Shown here: piece by piece, positions 26,063-39,920 of the stretch
Layout: the number at the start of each line of letters is the position of its first letter
How positions within the stretch are numbered: position 1 is the first letter of the stretch
The notes under the pieces: model-generated
What the model saw: only the letters and a program-made list of their open reading frames with translations
What the model was told of the DNA's origin: nothing
Databases searched by the model: none
Origin: Squalus acanthias
Taxonomy: Eukaryota
Length of the DNA: 64,000 nt
Assembly: GCA_030390025.1 (NCBI GenBank)
Contig: CM059428.1
Span: 148,986,001 to 149,050,000, forward strand
Direction: 5' to 3'
Made by a program: the position numbers and the translations under genes

Positions 26063-27222
26063 ATGGGCGGCACAATGGACAATGGACTATAAATCGGTAC
26101 CTTAACAAAGCTAAGAACTTATGTAAACAAATCTGAAAATAGCACCACACTAGGAAATGGCTAGGAATTGTTCTCCTCACTGGGCAACAAGCCTACTTTG
26201 ATAAATGTCACACTGGTGCGTACAGGTCTGCACTCTAGAGCTTTATGCGCAAGCCTGCACAATACAGTGGCAACTTGAAACTTTAACTCATACACCCAAA
26301 CATTTTCATCAAATGATTTCAAATTATATACCGTCATGTGGATAAAACTTCCATCAGGGATCCCGAACAGCAGAAAGAAAGGCCAAAGAAAAGCAACAAC
26401 TAGCTCCCGCTACAAATAATTGATTCCTTACTCAGCAGTGTCCATTCTGAAAGCCCAGATAAAGGAATGCATGGAATAAAACACAAATCAACAAATAAGG
26501 GGGGAAAAAAACTAGAAAAGGGTAGTTTTTTCCCCCTTTTTATAGCTATTAAATTATTTTCATTCATTGTTTATTTTCTCCATTTTATCTTTCCAGTAGA
26601 AAAGTTATTGCTGAACGAAGATCTAACAAGAAAAATAGTAGCAGCCAGGACCTGGGATTCTTATCAAGAGAAGGGCTCGATTGCTGCTGTTTTTTGGTAA
26701 TGGATGCTGACATTCAAAAAATCCATTGTGATTCTTTTTCAAAAGAAGATACACACTTGGAAATGTCAGGTGAATAGTTCAAAGTGTCCTAAAAGATGGA
26801 TTTTTGAGAGTCCAACCAGATCAGATCGGTTCACTGACTCCATAATTCAGTATTATTAAGAGATTTACTTCTACACCCAACAATCTGCTGTGCAAGAATA
26901 TAATAAAACTGAATGAGACCTGTAGCAGCTTGTGCATCCAGTCAAGGACTTCCACTCCCAGGTGACCTGCTGCATTTTTCGGCACGTAGTATTTCTTTGA
27001 AAAGCAGCCACCACAAGCAACTTATTAGGTTCAATAAAAAATGCACAGATACAATTAAGTTATTTAGTTGATAATTTTATACTTTCAGACTCATGTACTG
27101 ATATGTTCTTTTTGAAGAAACACATGCCAAAGCTTTCAGTATCTGATACAAGTATTTATTTTGACATTCGGTTTTAAATTGTTTAAGTCAGGGACCATCG
27201 ACAATCAGCTCTGAAACACTCT

Positions 27223-28058
27223 GGGCTGGATTTTCTCAAAGGAGACGTGCTGGAGGCAGGACTTCTGGTTTCCGGGTTTCAGTCCCGCCCCCAGCGATGT
27301 CTGACCAATCCACGCTATTTTCTCTTGATTGGCATTGTTAAGCCCGCCCTTACCGGCTAATTAAGGGAAAGCCGGTGACAGATGACGTCAACGTATGACG
27401 CTTCATCTGTCGAAAAAATTTTGACAGATGAATTGTCAGCGTTCGACAGCTTTGAGAAGCTGTCAAACACTGAATCTCTGTTCTAAGCTGAGCCCTTGCA
27501 CAGAAGGCTAACCAAGACCTCTCTCCTCAGCAGAAAGCAGATGACTGATGCATCTGAGAATGCAGCAGCCATTCTGTCATCTCTGCCATTGAGATGAGGC
27601 ACCTCTGGATCCCCAAAGTTGAAGCCTGCAGGAAGAAGCAAAGGTAAGGAAACTTTTTCCAACACTTTACACTCACCTCTTATATTTACCTGTCCACACT
27701 TGTACCCATCACTCACCTCTACAGCTGACATTTCGACCCCTCTCACCCCCGCAGACCCACTGCTCGCCCCGCTGACCCTGGCGAGGTGCGCAGCCGTTGG
27801 GAAGCCCGCAATTGCAGGCGTAAAATAGGGAAAAGCCTCAAAACTGCCTGTTAACTACCTGTTAACAGGCACTTCATTGGCTCTAATCCCCTTCCCGCCT
27901 CGAGGAGACGGGTCCCTGCGTGACTCGGGGACCCACCTCCCGGGAAGATGGCACGGAGGCGGGTTGGGAGCGGGGCCGGTACCCGCTCCCAGTTTCTGCC
28001 ATTTTCCCGGCAGTCCCGCCTCCATACCCGCCTCCCCAGGGCTGGGAAAATTACCCCC
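27223..28058. mobile_element. Harbinger-type MITE with 3-bp TSD (TCT)
   Basis: TIRs gggctggattttc / gaaaattaccccc; tct on both flanks; GC/CpG-rich interior with short palindromes. Confidence 0.75.
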
Positions 28059-28084
28059 TCTGTTTCCATTTATATAGCACTTCT

Positions 28085-28880
28085 CAATTAAACTTGAGCT
28101 CATCCAAAACTCTGCTGTCCATATCCTAACTTGCACCAAGTCCCGTTCACACATCACCCCCTACATTGGCTCCCGGTCCAGCAACGCCTCAATTTTAAAA
28201 TTCTCATCCTTGTTTTCAAATCCCTCCATGGCCTCGTCCCTCCCTATCTCTGTAATCTCCTCCAGTCCTACAAGCCTTCGAGATCTCTGCACTCCTCCAA
28301 TTCTGGCCACTTGCGCATCTCCGTTTTTCAATTGCTTCACCATTGGCGGCCGTGCCTTCAGCTACCTAGGCCCTAAGCTCTGGAATTTCCTCCCTAAGCC
28401 TCTCCACCTCTCTCTCCTCCTTTAAGGCGCTCCTTAAGACCTACCTCTTTAACCAAGAACATAAGAATTAGGAGCAGGGCCATACAGCCCCTCGAGCCTG
28501 CTCTGCCATTCAATAAGATCATGGCTGATCTTCGACCTCAACTCCACTTTCCCGCACAATCACCATATCCCTTGATTCCCCTAGAGTCAAAAATCTAGCT
28601 ATCTCAGCCTTGAACATACAAAACGACTGAGCATCCATAGCCCTTTGGGGTAGAGAATTCCAAAGATTCACAATCTTCTGAGTGAAGAAATTCCTCCTCA
28701 TCTCAGTCTTAAATGGCCGACCCCTTATCATGAGACAATGCTCCCAAGCTTTTGATCATCTGTCCTAATGTCTCCTTATGTGGCTGTGTGTCAAACTTTG
28801 TTCGATAACGCTCCTGTGAAGCGCCTTGGGACGTTTTACTACGTTACAGACGCTATATAAATGCAAGTAGTTGCTGTTGT
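28085..28880 (+). mobile_element. L2-like 3' portion interrupted by a CR1 fragment
   Basis: LHWLPVQQRLNFKILILVFKSLHGLVPPYL C-terminal motif; gctatataaatgcaagtagttgctgttg tail. Confidence 0.9.
28458..28743 (-). mobile_element. CR1 3' fragment with 5-bp TSD
   Basis: IRGRPFKTEMRRNFFTQKIVNLWNSLP; ccaag at 28453-28457 and 28744-28748. Confidence 0.9.
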
Positions 28881-28949
28881 TTACAATAGATGGAGGAATT
28901 CGGGGGCATGGGGAGAGAGAAGTGAAGGGAGAGAAACGTAAGGCGTGGC

Positions 28950-29930
28950 TGAAGAAAAGTGTTTTTTAAGTGGGAAACAAAAAATCAGTGAGAATTCCCA
29001 CCAGTCAGCCAAATATCAACAGTGGGAAAACCGAAGAGATAAAATTAATAGTCATCGGGAAAGACATGGATTAAAAAGGATAGCCAACGCAGATTTGTAA
29101 AAGGTGGGCTGCGTCTGTCAAATTAACAGAGTTCTTTAAGGAAAAAATAGGGCATTGATAAAGAAAATACAGGGATGCTCGGCATATGTATTTTCAGAAG
29201 GCATTTGATAAAGTGCCACATAGAATGCTTCTTGATAAAAATATTATTGATTTGTATTAAACAGAATATGGCAATATGGAAAGGAAGTTGGCTATAGGAC
29301 AGAAAACAGAGTAGTGATTAAGGCATGTTTGGACTGGACAGATTTGAACAGTGGTGTCCCACAAGAGTCAGGTTTCGGACCGCTATTTTGAGTGTGATTC
29401 ACCGTGAAGAGGACAATAAGTGACTTCAGGAGGATATAGACAGCTTGGCAGAATGGTCAGGTAATGTCAGATGAAATGCAATGTGGAGAAGCGTGAGGTG
29501 ACACATGTTGGGAGGAAGAATATGGAGAGGAGATACACAACGAATGATAAAACTTTAAAAGAAATAGAAGAGCAGAGACACTTAGAGGTTCAGTTAGAAA
29601 GATCTTTAAAAGTGGCACGGCAAGTTTGTTGAGCTGCAAAAAATGCATATCGGAGCCTGGGTTTCACAAATAAGGATATGGAGTTCAAAAGCAAAGAGGT
29701 CATGCTAAACTTGTAGGTTGCTGTCAGAATACGGTGTCCAGTTTTGGTTGCCCTACTTCAATAAAAAATGTCAAATACGTGGAGAAGATGCAGAAGAGTT
29801 TCATTAAGGCGATACCAGGGATGAGAGGCTTTAGTTATGAGGACTAGCAAAACAGTGGCACTTTTCACTTGAACAGAAAGGGTTGAGAGGATGTCACAGA
29901 GATGTTCAAAATTATGAGGGGTTTTGCTTT
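28950..29930 (+). mobile_element. Old CR1 RT fragment
   Basis: ttttcagaaggcatttgataaagtgccaca and gtggtgtcccacaagagtcagg; heavily decayed. Confidence 0.8.
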
Positions 29931-30989
29931 ACTAATTCTATGATTTTAACTCTGTACAACATATTGCCATGGGCAAATTTGGATTGCTACATGTCATTTA
30001 GGGTGCCTTAATGCCACAATGAAGGAGGTTCTGAGAAAAGCAAGGATCATTCTAGGCCCTAGGAGCTCCAAGTTATCAGGAAAGGCTCGCAGAATTCAAT
30101 TTATCCTTTAACCCCATTTAAAGAATATTCTTCTCCCTTGCAATACTAAATATGAACTGCACCCCACTGAAACATGACAGCAACACCAGGAGGAGTTTAT
30201 ATTCAAAAGCAAAATAGTTTATATTCTATTGCACTCTCACATCAACAGGACTTTGAAAGAAAAACACGTTCAGTTGTAGAACACGTTTAAGATGACTTCT
30301 CATTCCACTGCAATAGTTTGCATTCAAGACTTGAGAGAAAACTGAAGGAAAAATATATAATCCAAATGAAGGTTGAATGTGGGTTAAATACAATTTAACA
30401 ATGATATTAACTTGGCTGTGAGCTGGCAAAATTCATTACATTTTCTATTCTAAGCCTTACTGTCTGATAAGAATTGATAGGATAATACCTAATCCTCTGG
30501 GCATCTATGGCTGCTCAAGCTGCCAAGGCAAATATTAGGACATACATTTGTCCCTTTTCAAGATTCAGTATTAATCCATAATTGAACAGATGATGTGAAG
30601 GTAGAATACTGTGCAAGGCTACTTTCTTTGATGTGTCAAACTTGGAAAATCTCAGGTCAATGCCTCCATTAGTCGGAGAAGCTCCTTAGACAGAAAATCA
30701 GGACTATTTTATTGTAATCAGCCAAGGTTAATTTCTGTATCATGATTTATTAAACATAACTGGTAACATTCTCTTCATTTCAACTCCATTCTGTCAGGGA
30801 AGTTGTTATGTAATGGGACATGTCACAGATCACTTTAATTTACCTTCATCTGCTCTACTGTCATGCATTTAAATAAAACTTTTTGAAGTATACTTGGTGG
30901 CACATGCACTGCCCCTGTATTACTGAGCCGTAAAAATATCTAAGATTTCATCCCATAACGTGCCGAGTTAAATCGCAGGACAGTGATTG

Positions 30990-31430
30990 AAAGAAAGAAA
31001 AGAAAGACTTGCATTTATATAGCAGCTTTTAGGACCCAAAGCACTTTACAGCCAATTAAGTACTTTTTGAAGTGTAGTCACTGTTGTAATGTAGGATACG
31101 TGGCAGCCAATTTGCGCACAGCAAGTTCCCACAAACAGCAATGTGATAATTACCAGATAATCTGTTTTAGTGATGTTGGTTGAGGGATAAACATTGGCCA
31201 GGACACCGGAGAGAATGCTCCTGCTCTTCTTCAAAATAGTGCCATGGGATCTTTTACGTCCAGGCTGGAGGGCAGATGGTTTAATGTCTCATCCAAAAGA
31301 TGGCACCGTCGACAGTGCAGCACTCCATCAGTAACTACACTGGAGTGTCAGCCTGGATTTTGTGCTTGGGAGTTGGACTTGAACCCACAACCTTCTGGCT
31401 GAGGCGAAACTGCTACCACTGAGCCTCTAA
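30990..31430 (-). mobile_element. tRNA-derived SINE, near full length
   Basis: Reverse complement of the 24214 SINE, including the B box (ggacttgaaccc) and A box (ctaccactgagcc). Confidence 0.88.
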
Positions 31431-32319
31431 TGACACATCATTAAGGAAGGACAACTGGCTTCAGGAAAACTGGGCTTGGGAGCAAGGAAAAAAGATTCCA
31501 GGGTACTCGTCTCTTAAATTACCCAGTGAACATTAACTGGAAAGTGTGTGTGTGAACATCAGGTGAAGGTAGTGATGTCCTTCACAATCCAACATCCACT
31601 CTCTGGACTCTCACATGAAAAATGGCCATTTGGCTGAGATGGCAGAGGGCATTTGTGGAACTGAGCTTCACTAAGTGTCCACACCTTTAGGAAAGAAGAG
31701 AAGAGGGGTGGAAACAGGAAAATCTATTTTTTTAAATATCCGCTTTGCTTTATGAAACGGAGCTCAGAAAGTTATTAAAATGAGTGCCGATTACTGTGTC
31801 ACATGATCCAAAACACGAGTAACCAACTAGCACATGACCAGCTTCAATATAATCCATCATTAACCTTGGGTCCACATTTCTACCGATAAGTTTTTCTTCC
31901 CCCTCCCCATAAAAATTAAATCAATCAATTCAGTACTTGAACCTTAAGTGCACTGCAGTGCATCAGGTGATAGAGAGTGACTGTCACACAAAAAATCAGT
32001 AAGTGGTTTGAAAATCAATTGTTACCAGCATGTTTGGCCAGAAGGATTTACAACTAATCGTTACTTTAATTTTATAAATCCTTCAGTTGTACAAACTGAT
32101 TATATTTAGCATATTATTTTGATTACTCATGCACTACATTTGCTACAATGGATGGTCTCTGTCTTAAGATTAGATAGTTTTTGTCTTTCAAAATTATTAC
32201 CTCAACAACTCTGGGCAAATCTTTCTTCCTCTAGTCTCGGGAATTACTTTCCCCATAATCATAATGTTATAACAGGCAATATCTATAACACTTAGCAGTG
32301 GGCTTCACATCACCATCAT

Positions 32320-32700
32320 TACATCAACAACATGCATTTACATGGCACCTTTAACATGGAGATATGTCCCAACAACACTGAGCCGAAGGAGGGGTTATTA
32401 GGAGGGATTAGAAAGCTTGGTCAAAGAGGTGGGTTTTAAGGTCTTAAAGGAGGGGGAGAGAGAGATGGACGGTGGAAGGATTTATGATGGGAATTCCAGA
32501 GCTGAAGGCACATCTACCAATGGTAAGACAAAGGAGGGTGGATGTACAGGAAGTCAGAGTCAGAGGAACGGAGAATTCAAGCACAAGAGGCTACAGAAGT
32601 CGGGAAGTGTGAGGCCATGGAAGGATTTAAACAGGGATAAGAATGTTCACTTTGATGAATGATGTAGGTCAGTGAGGACGTGGGCGATGTGTAACTGGGA
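32320..32700 (-). mobile_element. L2-like 3' fragment, degenerate
   Basis: aaagcttggtcaaagaggtgggttttaagg...gggaattccagag. Confidence 0.7.
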
Positions 32701-33511
32701 TATGCTGTAGCATCGAATCTTTGCATAACCATTTCAAGATGGCTACAGGACACTTTTTTGTCCAACTTCGCCCTTCGCCTTACAATAGATGTGCCCAGAA
32801 ATACATCTCTGTTGCCAAGACACGAGCCTGCTGGCAAACTTCCACCAATGTCACCTTTCGCCAGTTAGAGGCCAGATCAGAAAGTCAATTCCTGCCCGTG
32901 ATTCAAAAGTTTGGAGGCAGATCAACAGAAATGGAAGCCGTTGACTTCCCTCAGATTTACCTCTTTTTTCTGGTATGTTTTAGTACCATTGTCTGAGCTC
33001 AATTTGGATTCACAGACTAGAGTGTGGTGCACTCCATAATTCGGGAACTTCTGCTCCCTCAATACCTGTTCAACAGATGAGGTGATCATGGTGCCCCTCA
33101 GGACCTTGCTAGATTCCAAAAATACACAAGTTATGACAAAAGGCCCCATTATCCAAGCAGTCAATTTCGGCAATGAGCATTTTTTCACCTGTGCATGTGC
33201 TGCCATTCAGAGAGGCCTCAATAGCGTCAAAACAATCCTCAATGATCTGTGCGACATTTTGAAGGTAGTGTAATTGCTACTCCTCTTCCTTCGGCTCCTT
33301 TAAAAAAAAAACTCCTTCACACGTTTTGCTCAATTTCTCACTTTCCTTTACGTACCCAGCAATCTGCTGCAAAAGGGCGAAAACACATCAAGGAGGAACC
33401 AAGGAGTGGGTAATGCAGCACCTCATGTAGGGAAGGGGGGAGTGCAGCATTGATGGAGTTAGAGTTGGGAAGCAAGGAGCGTACATTTCTTTTTAAAAAC
33501 ACCATGGCATA

Positions 33512-33810
33512 TACAGAATTACATAGAATTTACAGCACAGAAACAGGCCATTCAGCCTAACTAGTCTACACTCCACACAAGCCTCCTTCCACCATACTTC
33601 ATCTGACCCTATCAGCATATCCTGCAATTCCTTTCTCCCTCATGTACCTATCCAGCTTCCCCTTGAATGCATCTATGCTATTCGCCTCAACTACTGCACG
33701 TGATAGCACGTTCCAGATTCTAACCACTCTCTGGGTAAAGAAGTTTCTCCTGAATTACTTATTGGATTTATTAACGACGATCTTATACTTATGACCCCTA
33801 GTTTTGGAAT
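33512..33810 (-). mobile_element. CR1 3'-end fragment
   Basis: acagaattacatagaatt tail, aaacaggccattcagcc and ccactctctgggtaaagaag. Confidence 0.85.
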
Positions 33811-33879
33811 ATTTATTTAAAATAAGCGGCACCGAGCACTGGCCAGAAAAGTCAGAGGTCACTTTTAGTGATGTCACTT

Positions 33880-34105
33880 CAGTGCCTTCAGCTGCCTAGG
33901 CCCGAAGCTCTGGAATTCCCTCCCGAAACCTCTCCGCCTCTTAACCTCTCTTTTCTTCTTTAAGACGCTCCTTAAAAACCTACCTCTTTGACCAAGCAGT
34001 CCTAATATCTCATGTGGCCTGGTGTCAAATTTTGTTTGATAACGTTCATGTGAAGCGCCTTGGGATGTTTTACTACGTTTAAGGCATTACCAAGTTGTTG
34101 TTGTC
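33880..34105 (+). mobile_element. L2-like 3' end
   Basis: gccttcagctgcctaggcccgaagctctggaattccc...caagttgttgttg. Confidence 0.85.
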
Positions 34106-35149
34106 TTCCCTTGTTTTTATTGCCTATGGGCAAACAGAATTCAACACTCCACCTGGAGTGGGGAGATGCTTTTACATGGTGGAGGAAAGAGCAAGCTCTC
34201 ATGGTCAATGTTCTGAACTCATGGCAGAATTTTACAGGAGCACTACCACTAAGCGCCTCAGTTCACAGCTGCAGTATGTGGAGGATGCAAATCAACCGTC
34301 TTTCTATTGTTGTCTATTGAATTATTTTCGGTGAGGTTGTCTCGAAGTTGGAAATTTTGCAAACTATAGTTTTACACAAAGTTACACTTTGAGGAGTTTT
34401 TTTTGAATAAAAAAGGTTGCATTTATTCATTCCTACCTATATAATAAACATTTTGAGTATATGCCTTGTGTAACTTTTCTAATTGGTTGTGTTTCCAGTC
34501 TCTGTTTAGTTATTTTCTGTATTGTTAAAAGGATCAAGCACTGTACAGTTTTTAAAAAATCCAGGTGCCAGAGGAAAGTTGTTGACAATAAGGTGGCTCT
34601 GATGCGAGTGCATTATGACAGGCTCCAAGGACTAAAATGGCAGAGGAGGTACCGAGACAAGCCTGGAACTCAACTGATGGGGAAGCAGATACAGAAAGGC
34701 CAGGTCCTCCACAAACCCGGGGCTCAATTTACAAGCAAGCCGATATACAGAGGCACTTCAATGATGCCAATTAAACAGAAAACATTCTACTTATCTGTGA
34801 ACTCCTGATCACATGCAGGACATCCTGCCTACCAGAAAGTTTTAACTGAACAAAATGAAGTAGAAATGGCTGCGGCCTCCTTCTGCATATACAAGAAACA
34901 AGACATCAAAAGAAAACAAGAAAAACGGCTACCTCGGTTAACCGCACTTTAAATATCATTATTCTACATATTCTTCTCAAGGACTCATAATATGTAAAGA
35001 GAAGGCTGCTAACACTGAGAATTAAATAATGCATTTGTCATGTGTGAATACATACAATACCTTTAAAACATTCCGTATGTGTCCAGTGATGCAGTTTTTT
35101 AATTAGCAATTTTCTGGAAAAAGCAGAACATGTTCCAAGGTGCAAGTGT

Positions 35150-35400
35150 CAACCTTGGCTTGGTGGTAGCACTCTCATCTCCAAATCAGGTGGTCATGGG
35201 TTCAAGCCCCAATCCAGAGACTTGCATAGTATGCCCTATGCTGGCACTTCAGTGCAATACTGAGGGAGTGATGCACTGTCGGAGCTGCCATTTTTTCAGA
35301 TGCGATTTTAAACCAAGGGTTTTGGACAAGAGGTTAAGCATCTGCCCTCTCAAGCGAACATAAAAAAAAAAATCCCATGGTGCTATTCGAAGAAGAACAG
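35150..35400 (+). mobile_element. tRNA-derived SINE, 5' part
   Basis: ttggcttggtggtagcactctc...gggttcaagccc (A and B boxes). Confidence 0.75.
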
Positions 35401-35589
35401 ATCCAAATCAATCCTCTCTGGCAGCATCAGCAATCCAATAGCCGAGCCAGACAGGTCTGCAGCAGTCCAAGGCCCCCGGCTCATTAATGGGACATGGAGG
35501 AGTAGATGTCACTGGGAGCTGCGATTCTTCCCACTCGGCTCTAGCTAAGCCTGCAAATTAATAACCTAACAGACGAACTTAGCAGCAGC

Positions 35590-36325
35590 AATTATACTCT
35601 GAAAGGAAGTAGGCTCCGCGTTGTGGAAGAGCAGAGGAATTTGAGGGTAAGGGTTTGCAGGACATTAAAGACACCACCTGAGGTTGATAAGGCTGTTAAA
35701 AATTAAAGCTAATGGAATTCTAGGCTTTATCACAAGAGTTCTAGAATATAAATGCCAAGAGGTAATGATGAGCCGATATAAAACCTTCAAAAGACCTCAG
35801 TTAGAGCACTGTATGTATTATTGGACTCTGCCCTATGGGAAGGAAATCGAGGCTTTAGAGAAGGTCGTACGCAGATTCACTGGGATGCGGCCCTGGTATG
35901 AGGAAATACAAATACGAGGATAGACTTGGAAAAACAAGGTTTTTTTTGGTACAACAATGCTGATTATGGGGCAATGTTTAAAATTATGAAAAGCTGAGAC
36001 AGGATAGATGGAAGCAGGCTGTTTCAGTAGTTATGACGTCAAGAACAAGGACCATTGATAGCAGATTAAACGCGAGATATTTAGAACAGAGGACAGAAGA
36101 AGCTTCTTTACACAGAGTTGTGAGGCTGTGGTATTCACTTCTAGGGTTAGTGGTTGAGACAGAAGCTGTGTCAGCATTCAAAATTAGAATGGGTAGGCAG
36201 ATGAAGGAATACGTAAACAGTGTGGGTAAATGTGATTTGAACTATTTGCTCATGTGGAGGGTCAACACCACATCAGACTGGTTGGCCGAATAGCTTGTTT
36301 CTGTGTTGAAACTTCCATGTTTTTC
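35590..36325 (+). mobile_element. Old CR1 3' fragment
   Basis: KANGILGFITR...RPQLEHCMYYW...LEKVVRRFT remnants. Confidence 0.8.
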
Positions 36326-38039
36326 TAGGTAGGATGGCCGTGGTTTACAAGCAGCTGGTAGGCGGAGTGACTTTAGTTGGTTAAACTCAGAAGCACTTTT
36401 ATGCATTATCTGAGGTCCCTCGGCCTTCGCTCTCAACAACCCCCACGTTAGCTCTCTGTGCTTAGGCAAGTGGGGTATGTTCATGCAGAGAGACAAGGTG
36501 CATTCCACAGCAGCCAAACAGAAACTCGACCCGAGTCTGTGCTCAGTAGCTTTGTTTGAAGACTCAAACATGGCGATGGGTTTCCGCACGTATCAGATAT
36601 CCAGCTAATCAGAACAAAACATTCTGATTCTAATATCCATGACATCCCCTTCTTTTATGTAAAAGACAAGAGTCCTGCCAACATGAACCGGTAGCTAGAT
36701 GATTGCTCAAACTTTGAACTTCAGCAGGGGATTAAGACAGGCAAGAACGGATTGGCAGGAAGTTATACAAACCCGCCAAATTTCAATGGAAAGGGAAGTC
36801 GGGCAAGGTGTATAATGTGCGGCTGATCCGATATTGTCCGTTTTATGCCTCCGCGAAGTTGAAAGTCCCACCCAATGTCTGTTTGGTGTGTCGCCCTAAT
36901 GGGAAAGCGGAGGTCAAGAGACCAGCGAGAAGGCACTGTATCACCATATGATCAATACATTTTAAATACTGAAGCCACCAATTCAGACACACAAATGTAG
37001 AACAGATTAATGACTGAATGATACGAAGGCTTGCAGCAGAAAATTCATGCATGCATGCATATTCCAGACAGGTAACTTCACTCATGAGAAAATTAAATGA
37101 AAGGCGATGGCTTTTTAAATATTTCAAACCGCACTTCAAGGCGCTGTGGAACTCTGTGGGAAAACAAGAACAAGAATGCAATTTTAATGATATCAAACTG
37201 CTGATGCTGGTGAAATCCGCCACAGCACACATCGCAGCAGTTTTCCTTTAAAACTTCGTTTTTTACCAGGCGGATGGACACGGATCAGGACACGGTTTTG
37301 CTGAGCTTCAGAAACCAGCAGTCAGCATGCTGATTGCATCAACCTACGCCTGTCCGTCACAGCATCAACAAAAAAAAACCATTCGACTTGTTTTCATAGC
37401 CTTGATTCAGAGACACCTTGAATTATTACCAAATATATACAGATGTCCATGATAATCTTAACCAATATAAAAGGGTTTTTAAAATAGATAAGGTTAGGGA
37501 TTTATAATCTTGCGACCAGAAGTGCCACAATGCAATACTATGAAATACAACAAACATTTAACAACATTTAAGGTCTTACGTGATAAGAGCAATAGATTTA
37601 CACAATGGCCAATGCCAAGAAACATACAGAGCTCGTAAGGCATTGTAAACATTCTTATCTCTTCGGTGAACCCATATGCTTCCCTTTGCAAAACGTTTGC
37701 AAAACAAGAACATTTGTTGAAACTATTTGACATGCAAGGATGATAATATTCATGAAGCAGAAGAATGCAGGATTAGCGAGGTCATATGCTAATGCACGTA
37801 ACATTGCGATAACTCTCCCAACTTCTAAATCCTTGCCAATTTTCTTACATTCTTAGCATAAGATTAGCAGGAATTAACCAACACCTGTTAAAGATTATAC
37901 AGTAAAAGGTGGCTTTCAATTTCACAGAAACTCACTGAGAATGAACAGGCTGCTTTCTTTGAACATTGTAAAGTTATATAAAAATAAACTTCAAAATCAT
38001 AAACTAAACACTTTCAGTAAATTGGATGTCAGCTTCCTC

Positions 38040-38695
38040 TCCGTGGTCGCACTCTCACCTCTGAGTCAGTGGGTCATGGGTCATGGGTCAAAGCCCCACT
38101 CCAGAGACTCGAGCACATAAGCTAATGGACACTTCAGTGCAGTACAGTTGGAGGTGCCGACTTTCGGATGAGACGTTAAACTGAGATCCCGTCTATCCTC
38201 TCAGATGGACATAAATGATCTCATGGCATTATTGAAAGTAGGGAAGACAGTGTCCGAGAATCACAGGATCTTACAGCACCAATTACAGAAAAAGGCCATT
38301 CGGCCCATTGTGCCTGTTCCAGCTCTTTGAAAGAGCTGTCCAATTCAACACCCCAGCTTTTTCCCCATAACCCTGTAAGTTAGTCCTCTTCAAGTACATG
38401 TCCAATTGGCTTTTGAAAGTTCCGATGGAATCAGATTCCACCATACTTTCAGGTAGTGCATTCTAGATCTTGTCCTGGCCAACATTTCTCCCTCAACCAA
38501 CATCACTAAAACAGATTATCTGGCCATTTATGTCATTGCTGTTTGTGGGACCTTGCTGTGCACAAATTGGCTGCCACGTTTTCCTACATTGCAACAGTGA
38601 CTACACTTCAAAATACGATACTTCATTGGCTGTGAAGCCCTTTATGATGTCCTGAGATCGTGAAAGGCGCTATATAAATGCAAGTTCTTTATTCT
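38040..38695 (+). mobile_element. tRNA-derived SINE interrupted by a minus-strand CR1 3' fragment (about 38258-38470)
   Basis: SINE head and core up to about 38255, resuming at tgtcctggccaacatt; the insert has ggccattcggcccattgtg. Confidence 0.8.
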
Positions 38696-38716
38696 GCCAT
38701 TTTTGTTTGTACTGAA

Positions 38717-39350
38717 AAAGCAACTTGTATTTATATCGCGTCTTTAAAGTAGTAAACGTCCTACTGCGCTTCACAGGAGCGTTATCAGACAAAATTTGAC
38801 ACTGAGCCATGTAAAGAGATATTAGGACAGGTTCTAAGGGTAGGTCAAAGAGGTAGGTTTTCAGGGAGTGACCTGAAGTAGGAGTAGAGAGGCGGAATTC
38901 CAACGGCGAGGGCCAAGACAGCTGGTGGCACGGGTGCCAATGATGGAGCGACGAAAATCAGGGATGCGAAAGAGGCTAGAATTTATGGGGCGCAGAGATC
39001 TGAGGGTTATAGGGCTGGAGGAGGTTCCAGAAATAGATGGGGTTATGCGATGGAGGGATTTGAAAACAAGGATGAAAATTTTAAAATCGAGAGCCAATGT
39101 AGGCCAGCGAGCTCAGGGGTGATGGGTGAACGGGACTGGGTACTGGTGAGGATAGAGGCAGCAGAATTTTGGTCGAGCTCAAGTTTCCAGAGGGTGGAAA
39201 GTGGGGAGGCCAGCTAGGAGAGCATTGGAAATGGCGGGTCTGGAGGGAACAAAGGCATGGATGAGGGTTTTAGCAGCAGATGGACTGAGGCAGGGATGGA
39301 GATGGGCGTTACAATGAAAGTGGAAGCAGGCAGTCTTAGTGATGGAGAAG
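38717..39350 (-). mobile_element. L2-like 3' portion
   Basis: LDFKIFILVFKSLH motif on the minus strand; caacttgtatttatatcgcg tail. Confidence 0.85.
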
Positions 39351-39551
39351 CTATCATTGCGAGTTTAGGCAAGAGCCACGCAAACATTTCACGAGCCAAC
39401 CCTTGCACTGGAGTCAGTCCACAAAATTAAGCTGCAGCTCTTGACTCATTACCTAAACTCTTCAGTGTAATGCAGTTGCAGTTAGTACATATAAAAGTGT
39501 TTACACCCCACTCTATAATGGAGTGGGTGAGAAGCCACTGAAAAGCATCCA

Positions 39552-39920
39552 GAAATAGGAACAAGAGTAGGCCCTTCAGCCTCAACAACCTGTTCCGCCA
39601 TTCTATCAGGTCATGGCTGATCGCTACCTTAACTCCATTTTAGCTGCCTTGGTTCCATGTCCCTCAATTCCCTTGCCGAACAAAAATCTACCTATCTCAG
39701 TTTTGAAGTTTTCAATTGACCTGGCCTCAACAGCTTTTTGGGGCAGAGAGTTCCAGATTTCCACGAGCCTTTGTCTGAAGAAGTGCTTTCTGACATCACC
39801 GCCACCCCGCCCCCCCCACCCCAAAAAAACAGCGTAGCTCTATTATTAAGGTCACGCCCCCTTGTTCTGGACACTCCACCAGAGGAAAGAGTTTCTCTCT
39901 ATCGACCCCATCAAATCCTC
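39552..39920 (-). mobile_element. CR1 3' fragment
   Basis: VRKHFFRQRLVEIWNSLPQKAVEARSIENFKTEIGRFL. Confidence 0.85.
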
